From an uncultured Armatimonadetes bacterium (lineage in GTDB: Bacteria; Armatimonadota; UBA5829; DTJY01): a DNA stretch of 64,000 bases. The notes under the pieces were generated by a model. That model was given only the letters and a program-made list of their open reading frames with translations. It was not told where the DNA came from and made no database searches. A program made the translations under genes and the position numbers. Positions 59,216 to 64,000 of the stretch are shown piece after piece. Each line of letters begins with the position of its first letter. The stretch's first letter is position 1. Location of the stretch: contig OY970325.1 of the NCBI GenBank assembly GCA_963717145.1, positions 4,704,001-4,768,000 of the forward strand. Direction: 5' to 3'.

Positions 59216-62038
59216 ATGCGTTTGATACTTATGCTCGCATTGTTCGGCCTGTGTGCCGGCCGCGCACTCACGGAGACCACCATAGTGAACCCACTCATCA
59301 CGATCCCCAGGACATCGTCCGCGCCGACCGTCGACGGCAAGCTGTCGGAAGGCGAGTGGACCTCGGCCGCCTTCATCCCGTACTTCGTCACCGTGGGCGG
59401 CGAAGCGCCCGATCAGGCGACGACGGCCCGCATCTGTTACACCGACCGCGCGATCTACATGTCGATCGTCTGCCATGAAGACCTGATGTCGAAGCTCGTG
59501 GCGGAGGAGGAGGAGCACGACGGCATCGTCTGGCGCGATGACTGCGTCGAGTTGTTCATCCAGCCCGGCAGCGACCTCCCGTACTACCACATCGCGATCA
59601 ATGCCCTCGGGACGACCTACGATGCGTCTTACGCGAAGGTGCTTGAGCCGGACACTTCATGGAATCCGGCGCTCAAAGTCGCAGCTTCGAAGCGCGCGGA
59701 TTCATGGTTCGTCGAGATCGAGATGCCGATCAGCGCCTTCGGCATAGAATCCGTCAAGGCGGGGGACGCATGGCGACTGAACATCTGTCGGGAGAGGAAG
59801 CCGTGGGTCGAGAACAGCTCGTGGTCGCCGCTGCTCTTTGGCGAGAGCACATTCCGCGATCCCGAGCGCTTCGGGACGATGGTCTTCGGCGATGAATCCG
59901 TTCCCCTGGTCGATGTGACTCAGTTCCTGGGCCTGCCAAATGGGATCATCAGGCGATCGGGCCAGGTGCGCAATCCCTCGGGTCAACCCGTCAACATATC
60001 GCTCAACACGCTGATCGTGGGGGGAAAGAGCAAACCGATCGCTCGCCCCATGACTATCGACGCCGAAGAGCCGCTGGCGTTCGACCTCGTGGACAGCATT
60101 GCCGATGAGGGCGCGCTCACCGCCGTTCTCGAATGCTCGGTCGCGGGCAAGACGGTCTACCGCGCGGTGCGACCGTTCTACGTGCCCCCGGTCAGGTCGC
60201 GGCTCCGGGAACTGACCGCCAGACTCGAGTCGGTCGAGGCATCAGTCGCCGGCGTGCCGGAGGACTCGGCGTTGGCGCACTCGGTCCGGTCTCTCAGAGC
60301 CGAGGTCGACCTGGTCGCGAGTGGAATCGCTACGGCATATCAGCACGCGCCTGAGCGGGTGGGGCAGATGATGCGAACGCTCGCGGAGATCGAACGCGGC
60401 ATTCTCGCCGCGCGGGTGGCGTTTGAGATGGACCCCAAGGGCGGTCAGTCGCCGGCGTTTGTCGTATGGGCGACCGATCCCTGGGTGCAGTTGAAGCCCG
60501 GCGACCTCCCTCCGCAGGGTCGGCTTCCGGGTGAGACTTGGGCGATCGCATACCGGGGCGAGAGGGCCTACGCCGCCGTGAACGTCACCAATCTGAGCGG
60601 GCGCACCCTGGACCTCCGCATTGTCCCCGGCCCGTTCGCGAGAAAAGGCGGAGGGATCCCGCCGGGCCAGGTCGAGCTTCACACCTGTGCATTTGTGCCC
60701 GAGGAAGCCGGATCGAGCGATCTCATCGGCGACGCGCTTCCTCTGTCCGACAGTGCGGGCAGGGAGGTTGTCCCGCCCGGCGAGACGCGACAGGCGTTCG
60801 TCGTCATCCGAACCGAGGGCCTGCAGGCCGGGGACTACTCGGGCTCGGTCAAGGTTGGTCCGACGAACGGTGGCTCGGCCCAGGAGGTCGCCCTCCACGT
60901 CAAGGTCTATCCGCTCGACCTGCCCGATGAGCCGAAGCCCTGGATATGCACGTGGGGCGGCCTGCTCAACATGCCGTGGACCAGGCCCAGTAGCCGCGCC
61001 TACTTCGAGGATGCGCTCGATCGCGGGGTCAACGTATTCCTGATGAACCCGGCCTCGGTTGCGCCGAAGCTCGATAGAAACGGAAACTTCAAGTCGATCG
61101 ACTACTCGGACCTCGACCGTCAGTTCCGCGAGCATGAGGGGATTTCGTTGGCGATCGGCGCATACAATATCTCCATCCAGTACTCCGACTGGGCGAAGGA
61201 CGCCGGCATCGCGTACATGAGCGATGCCTACCGGAAGGGGTTCATCGCCTGGATCCGCGACTGGGTACGTCACCTCAAGAGCCTTGGTCTCTCGTATGAC
61301 GACTATGCCTTCGAGCTGGTCGATGAGCCGGCGCCGGATGAGAAGCTTCAGATGCACATCGATACCGGCAGATTGATGCGCGAGGCCGACCCGAAGGCCC
61401 GCATCGTTACTACCACCAACTTCATCGAGCCGGACAAGCTCGAACGGATCAGCCCTTACGTCGATATCTGGGTCCCTCAGAGCAGGGTACTGGAGGATGC
61501 CGCCGCGCGGGAGTTCATGAAGCGGACCGGCAAGGAGATGTGGATGTACGTCTGTGCGGGCGACTCGAAGCGCCTCAGTCCGATCGCATACTATCGGGTC
61601 CTCCCCTGGCAGGCATTTCGATATGACCTCCAGGGCTGGGGATTCTTCGCCCATATGTGGCCGGGTGAGGACCCGTGGGAGTCGACCAACATGCGAGGCA
61701 AGTATCTCGGTACCTATTCGACCATCTACCCCGGCGTGAATGGCCCGGTAACGTCGCGCCGGTGGGAATGCTATTTCAAAGGCCATGAGGACTTCCGCGC
61801 GCTCCATCTGCTCAAGTCGCTCGTCGCGCGCGCAGAGAAGGCGGGGCTCAGTGTATCCGAGGCCCGCTCCGTCCTGAAAGAAGCCGTGAATGGGAGCGCG
61901 GGCCTGCAGGAGATGACGAAGAACAACCGGACCGCCGCCGAGGAGTCCGCATTTCTGACCGACATCCGCCGCAAAGTCGCGGAGGCGAGCATCAAGCTAT
62001 CGAGTGCTTTGTCTAGTAAGCAAGACCGTCAGTCCTGA
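59216..62038 (+). CDS. Secreted carbohydrate-active protein: CBM9/DOMON-like domain plus a glycoside hydrolase-like (GH123/DUF4091-like) domain
   Basis: Signal peptide; PTVDGKLSEGEW and DDCVELFI motifs; later DEP, VDIW, WMY and SRRWE...GHED. Confidence 0.65.
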   Translation: MRLILMLALFGLCAGRALTETTIVNPLITIPRTSSAPTVDGKLSEGEWTSAAFIPYFVTVGGEAPDQATTARICYTDRAIYMSIVCHEDLMSKLVAEEEEHDGIVWRDDCVELFIQPGSDLPYYHIAINALGTTYDASYAKVLEPDTSWNPALKVAASKRADSWFVEIEMPISAFGIESVKAGDAWRLNICRERKPWVENSSWSPLLFGESTFRDPERFGTMVFGDESVPLVDVTQFLGLPNGIIRRSGQVRNPSGQPVNISLNTLIVGGKSKPIARPMTIDAEEPLAFDLVDSIADEGALTAVLECSVAGKTVYRAVRPFYVPPVRSRLRELTARLESVEASVAGVPEDSALAHSVRSLRAEVDLVASGIATAYQHAPERVGQMMRTLAEIERGILAARVAFEMDPKGGQSPAFVVWATDPWVQLKPGDLPPQGRLPGETWAIAYRGERAYAAVNVTNLSGRTLDLRIVPGPFARKGGGIPPGQVELHTCAFVPEEAGSSDLIGDALPLSDSAGREVVPPGETRQAFVVIRTEGLQAGDYSGSVKVGPTNGGSAQEVALHVKVYPLDLPDEPKPWICTWGGLLNMPWTRPSSRAYFEDALDRGVNVFLMNPASVAPKLDRNGNFKSIDYSDLDRQFREHEGISLAIGAYNISIQYSDWAKDAGIAYMSDAYRKGFIAWIRDWVRHLKSLGLSYDDYAFELVDEPAPDEKLQMHIDTGRLMREADPKARIVTTTNFIEPDKLERISPYVDIWVPQSRVLEDAAAREFMKRTGKEMWMYVCAGDSKRLSPIAYYRVLPWQAFRYDLQGWGFFAHMWPGEDPWESTNMRGKYLGTYSTIYPGVNGPVTSRRWECYFKGHEDFRALHLLKSLVARAEKAGLSVSEARSVLKEAVNGSAGLQEMTKNNRTAAEESAFLTDIRRKVAEASIKLSSALSSKQDRQS

Positions 62039-62140
62039 GTTCGCCGGTGAATGACGGCGCGTAACGAAGGACGGGTCATTGCACGCAAGGCCGTCCTTCG
62101 TTACGCGCCGTCATTCACCGGCGAACTCAGGACTAGCGGT
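62025..62140. repeat. Palindromic element, family A, copy 4
   Basis: About 45-bp inverted arms; supplies the TGA stop of the upstream gene. Confidence 0.9.
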
Positions 62141-62153
62141 TGGAGGTGTGCCA

Positions 62154-63242
62154 ATGAACGCGCGGGAACGATTCCTGAAAGTATGCAAGTTCGAGCCCGT
62201 CGATCATCCGCCCTACTGGGACTGCCTGGGGTTTTGGGGGCCAACGATCGAGCGCTGGCGGCGCGAGGGCCTTCCGCCGGATGTTCCACCGGAGGAGCAT
62301 TTCGGGATGGACATGTGGCACATGCTGCGCGTCGATTCCGGGATCACCCATGTCCCCTACCGACCTCCCTTCGAGCACAAGATCATCGAGGAGGACGAGC
62401 GAACGGTTACCTACCGAGATGGATGCGGCATCACCAAGCGTGACAGGAAAGACCGGCCGGAGCTGTCGATGTCGCAGTTCCTCGACTTCCCGGTCAAGTG
62501 CCGCAAGGACTGGGAGGATCTCAAATGGCGGCTCGACCCATCCGATCCGGGCCGATACCCCAATTGGGAGGAGACCCGGGAGCAGTTCGCCCACCGCACG
62601 ATGCCCCTCAGTCTGTACATATGCGGCGGTTACGGTTGGCCGAGGAACTTCTTCGGCGAGGAGCATCTCGCGTACATGTACTACGACGATCCGGGTCTGA
62701 TGCACGACATCATGCGGCACTGGATGGAGTTCTACAAGGGCATCTGCGATGCCACGCTTCCGAACATCGACCTCGATTTCATCTACATCTGGGAGGACAT
62801 GGCGTTCAAGAACGGCCCACTGATCGGCCCGAACCTGTTCAGGGAGTTCATGCTCCCCTACTACAAGGAGGTCGTCGGCTGCATGCGGGGACACGGCGTC
62901 GAAAACATAGTGGTGGACTCGGACGGCGACAACCGCCCGATCTTCGACCTGTTCATCGAGGCCGGGGTGAACGTCTTTCTCCCGCTCGAGATCGCGGCGA
63001 ACATGGAGCCGGTCGAGATCAGGGAGAAGTATGGCCGGAAGCTCGTTCTCTGGGGCGGAATCGACAAGCGTGTGCTCTCGAAGGACAAGGCGGCGATCGA
63101 GCACGAACTGATGCGCAAGGTCCCGCAGATGATCGACTCCGGCGGATTCATCCCCGCGATCGATCACTCCGTTCCGCCGGACGTCCCGTTCGAGAACTAT
63201 GTGTTCTATACGAAGCTTCTTCATGAGCTGGTGCAGAGGTAG
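62154..63242 (+). CDS. Uroporphyrinogen decarboxylase / methyltransferase (URO-D) family protein
   Basis: MNARERF, EDMAFKNGPLI, DSDG, GGIDK and GGFIP..DHSVPPDV motifs. Confidence 0.85.
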   Translation: MNARERFLKVCKFEPVDHPPYWDCLGFWGPTIERWRREGLPPDVPPEEHFGMDMWHMLRVDSGITHVPYRPPFEHKIIEEDERTVTYRDGCGITKRDRKDRPELSMSQFLDFPVKCRKDWEDLKWRLDPSDPGRYPNWEETREQFAHRTMPLSLYICGGYGWPRNFFGEEHLAYMYYDDPGLMHDIMRHWMEFYKGICDATLPNIDLDFIYIWEDMAFKNGPLIGPNLFREFMLPYYKEVVGCMRGHGVENIVVDSDGDNRPIFDLFIEAGVNVFLPLEIAANMEPVEIREKYGRKLVLWGGIDKRVLSKDKAAIEHELMRKVPQMIDSGGFIPAIDHSVPPDVPFENYVFYTKLLHELVQR

Positions 63243-63248
63243 GCTCTC

Positions 63249-64000
63249 ATGTCAGTTGTAGGAAAGGGAGCAACAGTAGTGGCGGACTCTGCAGATATTG
63301 GGCACACGCGCGTTCGTGATCTCCAGGCGATCGGTATCATCGCGGCTGTCTGGATCGCAATGGTGATTATCACAGATCCGATCGGCGAGTTTCCGCTGAA
63401 TGATGACTGGTGCTATGCGGTATCTGTCCGGTCGCTCGTCCAGGAAGGAGCATTTCGCCTCGTCTCCATAGTTACGATGACTCTTGTGACGCAGGTGTTC
63501 TGGGGCGCCTTATTCTGCCTGCCGTTCGGTTTTTCCCACAACGCGTTGAGATTCTCCGGACTGGCCGCCGGCTTCCTTGGGTTGATTGGTACCTATCTTC
63601 TCCTGAAAGAGCTTGGCGCCAGCCAACGAATCGCTCTCATAGGCGCCCTTTTGGTTGCCGTCAACCCGATTTACTTTGGCCTCTCGAATACCTTTATGAC
63701 CGACGTGCCGTTCTACACGCTTGCGGTCTTCGCCATCTATGCGGCCGTCCGCGCCCTGAACCGCTTATCAAGCACGTACTACGCGGCGAGCATAGTGCTG
63801 GCGGTCCTTGCGATCCTGCTCAGGCAATCAGGCCTGGCGCTTCCTATCGCATTCGGCGCCGCGTATCTTGTCAAGGACGGCCTACGTCTTCGCGCAGTCG
63901 TGAAAGCCGGACTGCCGCTGGTTCTTGGAGCAGGTGCTCTGATAGCATACCAGTCCTGGCTGAACTCGCGGGGCAATCTCTCGGAGACTTTTGGGCTTCA
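63249..64000 (+). CDS. GT-C (ArnT/PMT-like) membrane glycosyltransferase, runs off the window
   Basis: Manual translation shows DPIGEFPLNDDWCY, NP...LSNTFMTDVPF and LRQ motifs, with multiple TM helices. Confidence 0.7.
   Translation, partial: MSVVGKGATVVADSADIGHTRVRDLQAIGIIAAVWIAMVIITDPIGEFPLNDDWCYAVSVRSLVQEGAFRLVSIVTMTLVTQVFWGALFCLPFGFSHNALRFSGLAAGFLGLIGTYLLLKELGASQRIALIGALLVAVNPIYFGLSNTFMTDVPFYTLAVFAIYAAVRALNRLSSTYYAASIVLAVLAILLRQSGLALPIAFGAAYLVKDGLRLRAVVKAGLPLVLGAGALIAYQSWLNSRGNLSETFGL

Overview
High-GC bacterial chromosome segment from a diderm (Lpt proteins, secretin, TolC, Lnt). The gene set and an insertion-bearing SecA suggest Armatimonadota or a related lineage, but this is a tentative inference. 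Housekeeping content: a partner-switching kinase/phosphatase pair, amidohydrolases, a radical SAM enzyme, lptF/G and lptD-like genes, lnt, a complete type IV pilus/T2SS-like cluster with an HD-GYP gene, prfB with its programmed frameshift, secA, an ANT(6)-family gene and carbohydrate enzymes. The main accessory region (about 12.4-25.8 kb) holds a coupled four-gene operon: HtpG/Hsp90 paralog, SIR2 protein, unknown protein, and a second Hsp90 apparently fused across a 1-nt frameshift to a coiled coil plus a TIR-like/nucleoside-deoxyribosyltransferase-like domain. This is a candidate undescribed chaperone-based defence system. Upstream are a tandem IS66 dimer with one shared 8-bp target duplication and a 1362-bp integrase-core IS. 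Both copies of that IS in the window inserted with the 5-bp target duplication directly abutting a sigma70 -35 hexamer. Many palindromic REP-like families are present, one inserted in-frame into a gene. Three single-base frameshifts, one in lnt, suggest possible sequencing indels.
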